A stretch of 64,000 nucleotides of DNA from contig OZ024760.1 of assembly GCA_964016885.1 (NCBI GenBank), forward strand, positions 26,846,001 to 26,910,000, read 5' to 3'. The first letter of the stretch is position 1. Every line of letters begins with the position of its first letter. This stretch comes from Eledone cirrhosa (lineage: Eukaryota). This document shows positions 13,560 to 25,119 of this stretch, piece after piece. The notes under the pieces are model-generated. The model was given only the letters and a program-made list of their open reading frames with translations, had not been told where the DNA came from and searched no databases. A program made the translations under genes and the position numbers.

Positions 13560-14470
13560 AAATACACCTCCCTACTTATCACCATAGGTGCCGAGCTAGC
13601 TAACTGTAGCAGTGGAGACTTCTGGTGTCCTTGGCCCCAGGGCTACCTCCCTCTTACCACCATAGGTGCCGAGCTAGCTAGCTGTAGCAGTAGAGATTTC
13701 TGGTGTCCCTGGCCCTAGGGCTACTTCCCTACTTACCACCACAGGTACTGAGCTAACTACCCATAGCAGTAGAGATTTCTGGTGTCCCTGGCCCTAGGGC
13801 TACTTCCCTACTTACCACCACAGGTACTGAGCTAACTACCCATAGCAGTGGAGACTTCTCGTGTCCCTGGCCCTAGGGCTACTTCCCTACTTACCACCAC
13901 AGGTGCTGAGCTGACTACCCATAGCAGTAGAGATTTCTGGTGTCCCTGGCCCTAGGGCTACTTCCCTACTTACCACCACAGGTACTGAGCTAACTACCCA
14001 TAGCAGTGGAGACTTCTGGTGTCCTTGGCCCTAGGTCTATCTCCCTACTTACCACCATAGGTGCCGAGCTAGCTAGCTGTAGCAGTAGAGACTTCTGGTG
14101 TCTTTGGCCCTAGGGTTACCTCCCTACTTACCACCACAGGTGCCGAGCTAGCTAGCTGTAGCAGTAGAGACTTCTGGTGTCTTTGGCCCTAGGGTTACCT
14201 GCCTACTTACCACCACAGGTGCTGAGCTGACTACCTGTAGTAGTGGAGACTTCTGGTGTCCTTGGCCCTAGGGCTACCTCCCTACTTACCACTATAGGTA
14301 CTGAGCTGGCTACCCCTCACAATGGAGACTTCTGGTGTCCTTGGCCCTAGGGCTACCTCCCTACTTACCACCACAGGTGCTGAGCTGACTACCCGTAGCA
14401 GTTGAGACTTCTGGTGTTCTTGGCCCCAGGGCTACCTCCTTACTTACCACCATAGGTGCTCAGCTGACTG
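13560..14470 (+). repeat. 79-bp tandem array (about 11.5 copies) from the RLE coding region of a LINE
   Basis: Period of 79 bp. Unit translates VAVETSGVLGPRATSLLTTIGAELA (compare VAVKTSGVLGP..LLCKIGA near 8135), and the array runs on into EPREMEWLF*RISLTILRGNASSIL at about 14480-14560. Confidence 0.85.
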
Positions 14471-14596
14471 GCCACAGGTGTGAGCCTCGTGAGATGGAAT
14501 GGCTCTTCTAGCGCATCTCCCTTACCATCCTCCGGGGAAATGCCTCCTCTATTCTGTCCGCCAGGACCGTGGGGCGGCCAGCACAAATGAAATTTA

Positions 14597-14700
14597 AGAC
14601 TAAAGTGTTCACCTCACCAATAAAAGATCTATTGTATGACTGTGATCTTGTCACTTATACTGAGCATGGTTTGCAACTGTTGATCTCTGCATTTGATTTG
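14597..14700 (+). mobile_element. Short RTE reverse-transcriptase fragment
   Basis: KTKVFTSPIKDLLY--DCDLVTYTEHGLQLLISAF aligns with KTKVFTSVIRDLLYADDCDLVAHTESDMQHILNVF of the intact RTE. Confidence 0.75.
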
Positions 14701-14708
14701 ACCATAAA

Positions 14709-14914
14709 CTTAACCTTGTAGCATTTAAACCGGTCAGAACTCTCTCAACTCTTCCTGTTCAAACTGGCCGTAACTGGCTACTCATACTGACCTTAAGGTA
14801 TTGTTCTCAAAATAAATATCATCAAAATCTCATAGATTCGATATTATGTGAGATAAAGCCTTTACTATAAAAGTACAACAGTATATATAGAGTAATGTGA
14901 ATGCGAAAGGGCAA
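14709..14914. mobile_element. Possible piggyBac-like MITE (TTAA-CCC..GGG-TTAA type)
   Basis: Ends TTAACCTTGTAGCATT / AATGCGAAAGGG; related internal pieces at 15238-15355 and 19208-19303, and an end AATGCTAAAGGGTTAA near 19483. Confidence 0.45.
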
Positions 14915-15505
14915 GGGGCTTGTTTCAGGGGGGTACCAGGGAACAAGTCCACCCCCCCCCCTATTTGAGCAAGACACGGTCACTCGACACAACTTGCCTT
15001 AAAATAGGACCTGTCTAATCCATGCTAGCGCAGAAGATGGACGTTAATCAATAATTGTTTCTACTTTAGGCACAAGGCCAGCAATTACCCAGTGCATTAC
15101 TGGTACTTTACTTTATCGACCCCGTAAGAATGAAAGGCAAAGTCAACCTCGGCGGGATTTGAACTCAGATCGTAAAGGGACGTAACTATGCTGGAAAGCA
15201 TGGTGTCTGACCCTCTACCGATACTGCCAATCCACCGCCTGTTCAAACTGGCCGTAACTGGCTACTCATACTGACTTTAAGGTATTGTTCTCGAAATAAA
15301 TATCATCAAAATCTCATAGATTCGATATTATGTGAGATAAAGCCTTTACTATAAACGTTAATCAATAATGATGATGATGATGATATGAATTGTGTATTTC
15401 CATGTATATACACCTCATCAGTTACCTTATGTGAATGTTGCTTTTAATATATTTTCATTTTTGCCATTTATTTCTGTTGCAGGAGACCAACAAAGAGAAT
15501 TTATT

Positions 15506-15541
15506 ATGGAGGGGAAATTGGTTAAGAAATTCAAATCTCCG
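15506..15541 (+). CDS. SWI5: SWI5 homolog, coding exon 1 (MEGKLVKKFKSP)
   Basis: Acceptor tttctgttgcAG at 15481-82, ATG at 15506, donor GTAAGT at 15542; phase 0 joins exon 2. An upstream exon is implied by the acceptor. Confidence 0.7.
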
Positions 15542-16169
15542 GTAAGTAATTTCTCTATGGAAATATATTGAAACGGAAGGAAATAGAAGCCAAATTTCCC
15601 TCAAATTTCACCCCAAAGTCTTAACCCTTTCATGGCCATATTTCCAATGAAATAATTGTTTCTACTTTTGGCACAAGACTATCTCAGTACATTACTGGTA
15701 CTTTATTTTATTGACCCAATAAGGATGAAAGGCAAAGTTATCCTCGGTGAGATTTGAACTCAGACCGTAAAGGGACGTAACTATGCTGCAAAGCAGGGTG
15801 TCCAACCCTCTACCAATACTGCCAATCCACCGCCCTTGTGAAATAATACAGTATTTTAATTAGTTTACCTACTTGACTATTAGCTAACCCCTATTTTATG
15901 TCTGAGAAATAGGCAAAAATCTAAACCTCGTATATAAATCAAAGCTTATAAACAAGGTTTGGATTAATCATTAGTGTAATCAATTAAACGACACCATCTA
16001 AACACATTTCTCCCTATGAATGAAAGGTCAGCTATATGATGCCTGTGTGTAATGTGTGATGCTGCAGGGTAGCGAGACATGGGCAGCAACTGCAAGCAGG
16101 GAAAATCAGACGTAAAATGATGATGAAACCCGTAGAGCAAATATTTATTATTAGTACATATATATTGCA

Positions 16170-16510
16170 GACACATGGCTTAGTGGTTAGAGCATTGGCC
16201 TTGCAATCGAAAGGTTGTGAGTGCAATTCTCAGACCGGGTGATGTGTTGTTTCCTTGAGCAAGACACTTTATTTCACATTGCTCCAGTTTACCCAGCTGT
16301 AGAAATGAGATGATAGGACTGGGGTCCCTATCATTCCACTGTAAAGTAGACGTGGAGGTGCCACGGCAAAAAAGCACCCAGCACTCACTGTAAATGAGGT
16401 TGGTGTTAGGAAGGGAATCCAGCTGTAGAAATCAAACCAGAATCAGTTCCCGTCCCACCCTTGCAAGCAGGGAAAAAGCAGACGTAAAATGATGATGATG
16501 ATGATGATGA
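16170..16510 (+). mobile_element. tRNA-derived SINE family B (CORE-like domain, RTE-X-derived tail)
   Basis: TGGCTTAGTGG A-box, GAGTTCAATTC B-box (variant here), TGTTGTTTCCTTGAGCAAGACACTTTA core, tail CCCGTCCCACCCTTGCAAGCAGG..GACGTAAAA(TGA)n. Other copies at 29187(+), 41206(+), 43273(-), 45365(-), 56259(+), 60335(+), 63619(+); 3' variants at 13260, 16775(-), 34370, 43990(-), 60685, 62348(-). Confidence 0.85.
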
Positions 16511-17137
16511 TAGATATTGTTATACTTTGGGAGGGTCATGTTGCCAATAAAAACACACACACACCTGTTGGTTGTCACTTCAACTTATTATAAATTTCCT
16601 GCTGGTTGGTTGGTTCGATAACCAGATGGGTGTTTATATATTGTCAAAGCTCTTTCGTCACACATTCTGTAACCTCCTCAGTGACTAGGTTTTATTTTGT
16701 GTGTGTCTCTCCTTTGTTCTGTCCTACACCATCATGTTTTTGTGTGTTCAAAAACGAAGTGTATCTATATATATCATCATCATCATCGTTTAACATCCAT
16801 CTTCCACGCTAGCATGGGTTCAGACGGGAATTGTCCCACTTGAGGCAAGATTGGTTGTCTTGCTCGTATAGGACTGCCTGGCGGGTTTTCTACGGCTGGA
16901 TGCCCTTCCTAACACCAACCACGTTTACAGTGTGCGCTGGGAGGTTTTTACCGTGTTACCTACACGGCCACATTACAGCGTGGACTGTGTGTTTTTTTGT
17001 CGTGACACCTACACGACCTCATTTGTTTCGGACTGGATGTTGTGGTACCAACATAACTTTACAGAGAAAGGGGTAGGTGGGGTGGGGGTAGTGGGACGGG
17101 GGTGTATTTTAGTTAAGAAGTGCCTACTGATAGATAG

Positions 17138-17174
<37 letters not shown>

Positions 17175-17238
17175 GACAGGTTGTTTGAGTCATTCACAGT
17201 TTTCAACTTGAAATTGCCGCATTTTTAAAGAACGGATC

Positions 17239-17251
17239 GTTGCCTAGCAAC
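17239..17251. promoter_or_regulatory. RFX X-box-like motif
   Basis: GTTGCCTAGCAAC in a short unique island between microsatellites in SWI5 intron 1. Confidence 0.3.
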
Positions 17252-18729
17252 CCTACAGCACACGCATATAATCAAACACACACACACACACATATGTAGC
17301 ATCAAATTCAAACTTTACTACTACTACAAATACAACAACGCTCTCTAACTACCTGTATATGTGTCTTTCTATATCTACAGGCTGTCCTCAAAAATGTATA
17401 TACTTACTTTGATAAGAATGCTGTTGAAGTGTTTATACATTTTTTGGGGACACCGTGTATATATCTCTCTGTTTCTGTCCCCTCTTTTTCTCTGTGTCTC
17501 AGTCCTTCAGTCTCTCTCTCTCTCTCTATCTCTCTATCTCTCTATCTATCTATCTCTCTTCTCCTATGTCTCTCTCTCTCTTCCCCTCTCTCTCCCATCT
17601 CTCTCTCTCTCTCTCCCTTCCATCCCTCTCTCTCTCCCTTCCTCTCTCTCTCTCTCCCTTCCTCCCATCCCTCTCTTTCTCTCCCTTCCTCCCATCCCTC
17701 TCTCTCTCCCTTTTTCTCTCTCTCTCTCCCTTCCTCTCTCTCTCTCCCTTCCTCTCTCTCTCTCTCCCTTCCTCTCTCTCTCTCTCCCTTCCTCCCTCTC
17801 TCTCCCTTCCTCCCCCTCTCTCTCCCTTCCTCTCTCTCCCTCCCTCCCCCCCCCCCACCCCACCCCCCTCCCATCCCCACCCCCTCCCTCCCATCTCACT
17901 CCCCCTCCCTCCCATCTCCCTCCCTCTCCCTCCCATCTCCCTCCCTCTCCCTCGTTCCCCCCTCTCTCTCCCTCCCATACACGTACATAAGTTCTCTTAA
18001 ACTAACCTTGATGTCTCTCTCTAAAATGTCAAAAGAAAGACATGAACTTGTAAGTGAGGTGTAATTAGATAGATACATAGATAAGATGTGGCGCGCCCCT
18101 GTCACCTATATGTGTCAGTCTTTCTCATCGTGTGTAGGGCTGACTGACTGTATTTCACGACATATTCAATACACACACACACACACAAAGGGAAAGAATC
18201 AATATGTATAATAAGGATAGTTGTCTCCCTTGAAAAAAAAAATTTTCTTATATTTCTCAAACATATAAATATGTATATATGTGTGTATATATGATGTGTT
18301 GTTCCCATATATATATGTATATATATGAATAATGTGCTGAAGAGGACCCGTCCCACCCTTGCAAGCAGGGAAAAGTGGATGTAAAATGATGATGATGATA
18401 TATCTCTATATACACTGAAACTATGTGATTGTGCGCTTGTCTGTAATTTAATACAGACAAAACGCTGCTTAATGGGAAAATACTTTGACAGGAGGTTGCC
18501 CCTGAAATGGGAATACAAATGAAATAAAACAATTTTCGCGTAAATCGGAGCACTGGGTCCTAAGAAATGAGGTTTTTCCATGTACCTTCATAAATAGAGA
18601 TAGAGGGAAGAGATAATGGTTGTGAGAGAGTAGATGGAAAGAGAAACATGGAGAGAGAGAGAAATGTCTACACACACATACACACATATATATATATATA
18701 TATGGGCCATCCAATTTTATTTTACATTT

Positions 18730-19207
18730 TATGTCCCAAATGCAGACTATGGGTACATAAAAGATGTAGTGGGATCACAGGTAAACTATCTAAGAACGTA
18801 GATTTTATATGTAGCCGATGCTCAGGTGCAATAAGTAGCAAGTGCCCACAGGATACTAGCTCCTTCTATTGCCCAGATGGTTCTTTAGAAATAGTAGACA
18901 CCTTCCGTTACCTGGGTGACAAAATTAGCAGTGGTGGAGGGTGCTCTGAAAGTACAGTAGCTTGAGTCAGAACAGGATGGAAAATGTTCAGAGAGCTTAT
19001 ACCACTATTGGCCACTAAAGGGTTCTCTCTAAAAATGAAAGGCAGGTTGTATGATGCCTGCATATGAACAGCAATGCTACATGGCAGTGAGACATGGGCA
19101 TTGCGTGGTAAGAATCTACGCAGACTGGAGAGGAACAAAGCATGCATGCTCCTTTGGATGTGTAATAGCAATATACGTGAACAGCAAAGCATAAATGAAC
19201 TAAGAAA
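18730..19207 (+). mobile_element. RTE-X-like LINE ORF2 fragment with Cys-rich (PHD-like) segment
   Basis: CPKCRLWVHKRCSGITGKL...FICSRC...FRYLGD...GWKMFRELIPLL...KGRLYDAC...MLHGSETW; in-frame stops. Confidence 0.8.
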
Positions 19208-19676
19208 GTTCAAACCATCTGTAACTGGCTGATCATATTTGTGTTAAGGTATTATTCTCAAAATATATAATATCAAAATCTCGTAAATTTGATATTATGT
19301 GAGATCATCATCATCGTCGTCGATTAACGGCCATCTTTCACGCTAGCATGGGTTAGACGGGTCCTATTTTGAGGCAAGTTGTGTTGGGGTGACCGTGTCT
19401 TGCTCATATATGGTTTTCTACAGCTGGATGTCCTTCCTAAAGCCAACCACATTAAATACAATAGTAAATATAGAGTAATGTAAATGCTAAAGGGTTAAAG
19501 CATTCTTAATGTGACTATGTTTATTGTACATAAACATATTGTGCATGCCATCATATACACCAGGGCTTCCAACCCTGCTTTGTATGATCGACCACTTTCA
19601 TATGGAACATTTTTCCACAACCCCCCTATATAGTCTAAGTCTAAACTCTATCTTAAGCCATTTAAGGCTCGTTAGG

Positions 19677-19920
19677 ATGGTTGCTTATCCTGGTTTCATG
19701 GCATGAAGCGACTGAGACTGCATGACTCTTCCCTGGATAGGACGCCAGTCCATCAGAGGGTTAAACATCCAGATATTGTTGGTACTCATTTTCAGCTGAG
19801 TATACTGGAGCAAAGTGAAATGAAGTGTTTTGCTCAAGAACACAACACACACCAGGAATCGAACCCACGACATTATGATCGTATGTCAAACACCCTTACC
19901 ACTAGGCCACGTAGCTCCCC
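19677..19920 (-). mobile_element. tRNA-derived SINE family C
   Basis: Minus strand TGGCCTAGTGG ... GGTTCGATTCC, CORE-like TGTGTTCTTGAGCAAAACACTT, then GACTGGCGTCCTATCCAGGG and a 3' end distinct from family B. Confidence 0.7.
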
Positions 19921-20551
19921 CTATATTGTAAATATTCAAAACCATACCAAAAATGTTTGGTAAATGTTTGTTATTGGTTTAATATTCCTATTTAGACCCT
20001 GTTTGTTTTTTCTTTTGTTTTGTTTTTGTACGTGTTCTTTGTATATATCCTTTGAATATCTATTTTATTATTCTCGCATAGCATATGTTGAAATACCTTC
20101 TTAATACTCAAAATCCTATATCGTATAACAGGTTGAGAAAGCCTGTTATACATTCTTACGATTGGGTCACGAGTTATCTCCCTTACACCAGTGCTCTTCT
20201 TTCTCCACACGTCCGTGTGTAAGGTAGTCACAGTGATCAATAACGAACTAGTGCACAAGTCATTTTGACGGGAGGAATAAATACATAATATTCGGCTATG
20301 TTGGTAGATTATGATGGGTGTGTGTGTATATATATATATATATATTTAAAAATACGGAGTGGCACCCCATCCTGAACTTGTTTATAGAATTCTTTCTGCC
20401 TTTGTTACGCTAAATATAAACTATAGCTTTGAAGAATTAGCTTTTAATGAATTCCCTTTTCTATCAACCAAAGACCTACACCCATCCCACTCCCTACCCT
20501 CTCCTACCACCTGAAGAGACCTATAAATACCATATTTATTTTTTGATACCC

Positions 20552-20602
20552 AGATTGCTGATGATTTCTAAAGAATGAAACAGTTCTAGTCCTGTAGAAT
20601 CT
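20552..20602 (+). ncRNA. Hammerhead ribozyme, family B (stem I closing mismatch)
   Basis: AGATTG-CTGATGA-T-TTC-TAAA-GAA-T-GAA-ACAG-TTCTAGTC-CTGT-A-GAATCT; G.G mismatch next to the core; sense orientation in SWI5 intron 1. Confidence 0.65.
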
Positions 20603-21320
20603 CATCTATATTAAAACTATAAATATATATATATAATCTGAGTTTTTCGAATATTAATAACATTCGATTCGTTTGCAATTATGCAAACAAGCCTCAATTT
20701 TATAGCCATGTCAGTAGAATGAACCCTTCATTCTTGCTCTTGTGTTGGCATGTGAATAGATCATAAAAGTGAGGCTTGTTTGCATAATTGCAAACGAATC
20801 GAATGTTATTAATATTCGAAAAACTCAGATTACATTTATTGTATTCAGCCATGTAGAGCGAAATTTTCTTATATATATATATGTGTATGTGTGTGTGTGT
20901 GTATATATGTGTATGTGTGTATATATATATGTATATGTGTGTGTGTGTTAAGTATTTCCGTAGGAAAGGTAAAGGAAAGAAGAGTGCTCTATGTATAGTA
21001 CAGAACTATATATATATATATATGTGTATATATGTGTGCGTGTGTGTATATATATATATATATATATGTTTATGTGTGTGTGTGTTAAGTATTTCCGTAG
21101 GAAAGGTAAAGGAAAGAAGAGTGCTCTATGTATAGTACAGAACTATATATATATATATATGTGTATATATGTGTGCGTGTGTGTATATATATATATGTAT
21201 ATGTGTGTGTGTGTTAAGTATTTCCGTAGGAAAGGTAAAGGAAAGAAGAGTGCTCTATATATAGTACAGAACTATATATATATATATATATATGTAATAA
21301 ACAACACAACATAATTATTG

Positions 21321-21384
21321 CATTACCCAAGGTTTCGTGAAACTAGACGATCTTAACAGAAGCGTCCAGTGCGTTCATCAGATG
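21321..21384 (-). ncRNA. Hammerhead ribozyme, family C (diverged)
   Basis: CAT-CTGATGA-..ACTGGACG/CGTCTAGT..-GAA-ACC-TTG-GGT-A-ATG. Preceded by three tandem copies of the same element's terminal sequence (about 20945-21290). Confidence 0.55.
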
Positions 21385-21494
21385 AGATATTTATGTTATG
21401 GATATAAGATTTGAAATTAAATTTCAAATCTTATATCCATAACATAATGTATTGGGGGAAGGGTGGGATCGATATAATCAACTTTCCTTTTTAA

Positions 21495-22685
21495 CCACCT
21501 CCCTTCACCACCACCACCACCCTCCCTTCACCACCACCACCACCCTCCCTTCACCACCACCTTCCCTCCCTTCACCACCACCACCTTCCCTTCACCACCA
21601 CCACCTTCCCTTCACCACCACCACCCTCCCTTCACCACCACCACCCTCCCTTCACCACCACCACCCTCCCTTCACCACCACCACCCTCCCTTCTCCACCA
21701 CCACCCTCCCTTCTCCACCATCCTCCCTCCCTTCTCCACCATCCTCCCTTCTCCACCATCCTCCCTTTCCCACCACCACCACCCTCCCTTCACCACCACC
21801 ACCACCCTCCCTTCACCACCACCACCCTCCCTTCACCACCACCACCCTCCCTTCACCACCACCACCCTCCCTTCTCCACCACCACCCTCCCTTCTCCACC
21901 ATCCTCCCTTCCTTCTCCACCATCCTCCCTTCTCCACCATCCTCCCTTTCCCACCACCACCACCCTCCCTTCACCACCACCACCACCCTCCCTTCACCAC
22001 CACCTTCCCTCCCTTCACCACCACCACCACCACCTTCCCTTCACCACCACCACCCTCCCTTCTCCACCATCCTCCCTCCCTTCTCCACCATCCTCCCTCC
22101 CTTCTCCACCATCCTCCTTCCCTTCTCCACCATCCTCCCTCCCTTCTCCACCATCCTCCCTTTCCCACCACCACCACCCTCCCTTTCCCACCACCACCAC
22201 CCTCCCTTCACCACCACCACCACCCTCCCTTCACCACCACCACCACCCTCCCTTCACCACCACCTCCACCCTCCCTTCACCACCACCTCCACCCTCCCTT
22301 CACCACCACCTTCCCTCCCTTCACCACCACCACCTTCCCTTCACCACCACCACCCTCCCTTCTCCACCACCACCCTCCCTTCTCCACCACCACCCTCCCT
22401 TCTCCACCATCCTCCCTCCCTTCTCCACCATCCTCCCTCCCTTCTCCACCATCCTCCCTTTCCCACCACCACCACCCTCCCTCCACCACACCACCTTCCC
22501 TTCTCCACCTTCCCTTCTTCACCACCACCACCACTCCCTTTCCCACCACCAGCCTCCTTTTCCCACCACCTCCCCTCTCCCCTTCTCCACCCCCCTTCCC
22601 CCTTCTCCACCACTACCCCCCCCTTCTCCACCACCACCACCCTCTCTTCTCCACCACCACCCTCCCTTCCTCCCCACCACCCATA
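21495..22685. repeat. C-rich minisatellite/low-complexity tract (CACCACCACCCTCCCTT)n
   Basis: About 1.2 kb of degenerate 17-22-bp units almost devoid of G on +. Confidence 0.9.
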
Positions 22686-22751
22686 TTGCTGCCTTTGTGC
22701 CTAAATTAGAAATCATTTAAAAACATTTTGTTGTTGTTGTTGTTATTTCAG

Positions 22752-22870
22752 CTGCTGAAAAATCCTGAAACTGAAGAATCTTTGAGTGATAAACAACTTG
22801 AGAAACATCTCCAAGATTTGGGCACCAAATTGTCTGAGTCTGACCAAAAGATTGCCCAACTTGAAGACAT
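22752..22870 (+). CDS. SWI5: SWI5 homolog, coding exon 2 (LLKNPETEESLSDKQLEKHLQDLGTKLSESDQKIAQLED)
   Basis: Acceptor ttatttcAG at 22750-51, donor GTAAGT at 22871; 119 nt, open, phase 0 to 2, coiled-coil-like; phase matches exon 3. Confidence 0.85.
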
Positions 22871-23374
22871 GTAAGTACTGTGCTTGCCCTATTATAAGCC
22901 CTACCTGCAAAATAAGCCCTAGTTTTTAAAATCTATACATATAAATCTGAGCGACTTCCATCTGTCCGTCACACAATGTGTGTGTTTGTGTGTGAATGTG
23001 TGTGTGTGTGTGAGTGTATGTGTGAAAGGAAGGGGATGGTGAAAAAACTATAGCAAAACAGCAAAATATACTTGTACACATATACACATGTACACATATG
23101 CGTTAGCGTGTTGAAAAAAATTCTAGAATACTAAATTCTTTTAATGATATTGTTTTTAACTCTATAATCAGTATACACTGCTGAGGATGAAGAACTGAGA
23201 GCTGTCCGGGAGCCTCCCAAAGGTCTGAGGGGACCAAGATTGACATATCTTGATGCCCTAAGGACAGACACTGCTCTCTTAGAGACACAGGACATGGCAG
23301 CAATGATAAAGGACAGAGACTACTGGAGAGAACTCGTCCATGGATCTCGGGAATTTTACCCACCCTAGATAGTT

Positions 23375-23407
<33 letters not shown>

Positions 23408-23408
<1 letters not shown>

Positions 23409-24035
23409 CTAGCAGTGGTACCCGGCGGTGCACAGGATAAGGTATTTTGGAACGCGGGCCGCCAACAGACCTAATCATGGAAAAATTGCATGCCTGGACA
23501 ATATGTAAAGAAAATAAACTGAATATTCTGATGGCTGGATAATCTTTAAGATTTTCCTCGATGAAGCAGGAAAAATGCAGGTTTTCACCTAATGCGGGCC
23601 CTAGGGAATCAAGAAAATGAATTTTTTTTATATGCATAATATGCCTTGAAATTTCGGGAAAATCGGCTAGATGTAACACGTCAAAAAAGCTCTAAAAAGC
23701 TTAAAAAATGTTTTTCACCTAATGCAGGCCCTAGGCCATAAAAAAGTTGGATTTTCTTTGCTCACAGTATGAAGAAGAAACTGACTAATACATAGTTACA
23801 ATTTCAAGGAAATTTGTCTGACGTAACGCCTCAAAAAACCCCTAAAAAGCTGAAAAAACGCTGTTTTTCACCTAATGCGGGCTCTAGGGGATCAAAAAGT
23901 TGAATTTTATGTGCATAACACTCCCTGAAACATAAGTAATACACATGTAAAGTTTGAAAAAAATCGGTTGGGTACTTCTCGAGTTTTAGGGATTCAAACT
24001 CACAGATACACACACATCCTCAGTTTTATATATAT
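23408..24035 (-). mobile_element. Non-autonomous Helitron-like element
   Basis: 5' TCTATATATATAAAACTGAGGATGTG.., 3' GC-rich subterminal hairpin then TACCACTGCTAGT; inverted relative to the copy at 28220-28850. Confidence 0.75.
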
Positions 24036-24247
24036 AGAGATAGATAGATAGATAGATAATTGTTTCTACTTTTGGCACAAGGCCAGCAATTACTCAGTGC
24101 ATTACTGGTACTTTATTTTATCGACCTCGTAAGGATGAAAGGCAAAGTTAACCTCGGCGGGATTTGAACTCAGATCATAAAGGGCCGTAACTCTTTGCTG
24201 CAAAGCATGGCGTCCGACCCTCTACCGATACTGCCAATCCACTGCCT

Positions 24248-24280
<33 letters not shown>

Positions 24281-25119
24281 GATTTGACATCAGTATAATG
24301 ATGCTTTTGTCAAAATTCTTGCACTATTATTTTTGTGAAAAAATATAAGCTCTAAAGCAGGCATGAACAACTTCTTTCGCGAAACTGCAGGTGGTCTGAA
24401 ATCTGATGAGAGTATTTAAATGTTTGTGGTCTCTTCTCATCCTTCTATTTCTTCCTATCATTTCTTCGAGTCAACTCACATCAAGCCGCTGACTCTGTCC
24501 TTCGAGGTAATGTTTTACCCAACACTGTTTCGACGGTATCTTGCTGTTTTAACAGCTTCCTTCCGCCGAGTTTTTCCATTTTCCCGCGAATATATATATA
24601 TGTTTAAGGAAAAAATCAGAAAAAACTCAACAGGAAGCTGTAGGCAGAAGAAGAAATTAATTGTGTGTTTAAACTGTAACATATGTTTCTGTACAATGAC
24701 ATAAAAGTCTACATCCACTGACTCTACATTATATAATTGTTTCTACTTTAGGCACAAGGCCAGCAATTACCCAGTGTATTACTGGTACTTTATTTTATCG
24801 ACCCCGTAAGGATGAAAGGCAAAGTCAACCTAGGCGGGATTTGAACTCAGATCGTAAAGGGACGTAACTATGCTGGAAAGCATGGCGTCCGACCCTCTAC
24901 CGATAATGTTCATTAGTATGTATTACGTGTCTGTGATTGGACTTCATCGGAAAGAAAAAAAATTAACAGAAGAAAAATTGGTTATATTCCTAGTTGTGTA
25001 ATTACAGTCGCAATAACACATACAAATTAAATTTTGTGAAGAGAAATAGAATGAGATGGTTGGGTCATGTGTTGAGGAAGGAAGAGTGGGAGGAATAGTC
25101 AGTGATGAATGATGTGAAG

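Noticed and set aside
16170-16245. tRNA genes
   Set aside because: A/B boxes belong to SINE heads; no full cloverleaf or terminator, and each continues into a SINE body.
21452-22720. 422-aa extensin-like Pro/His ORF
   Set aside because: Low-complexity C-rich tract that cannot form stop codons; intronic.
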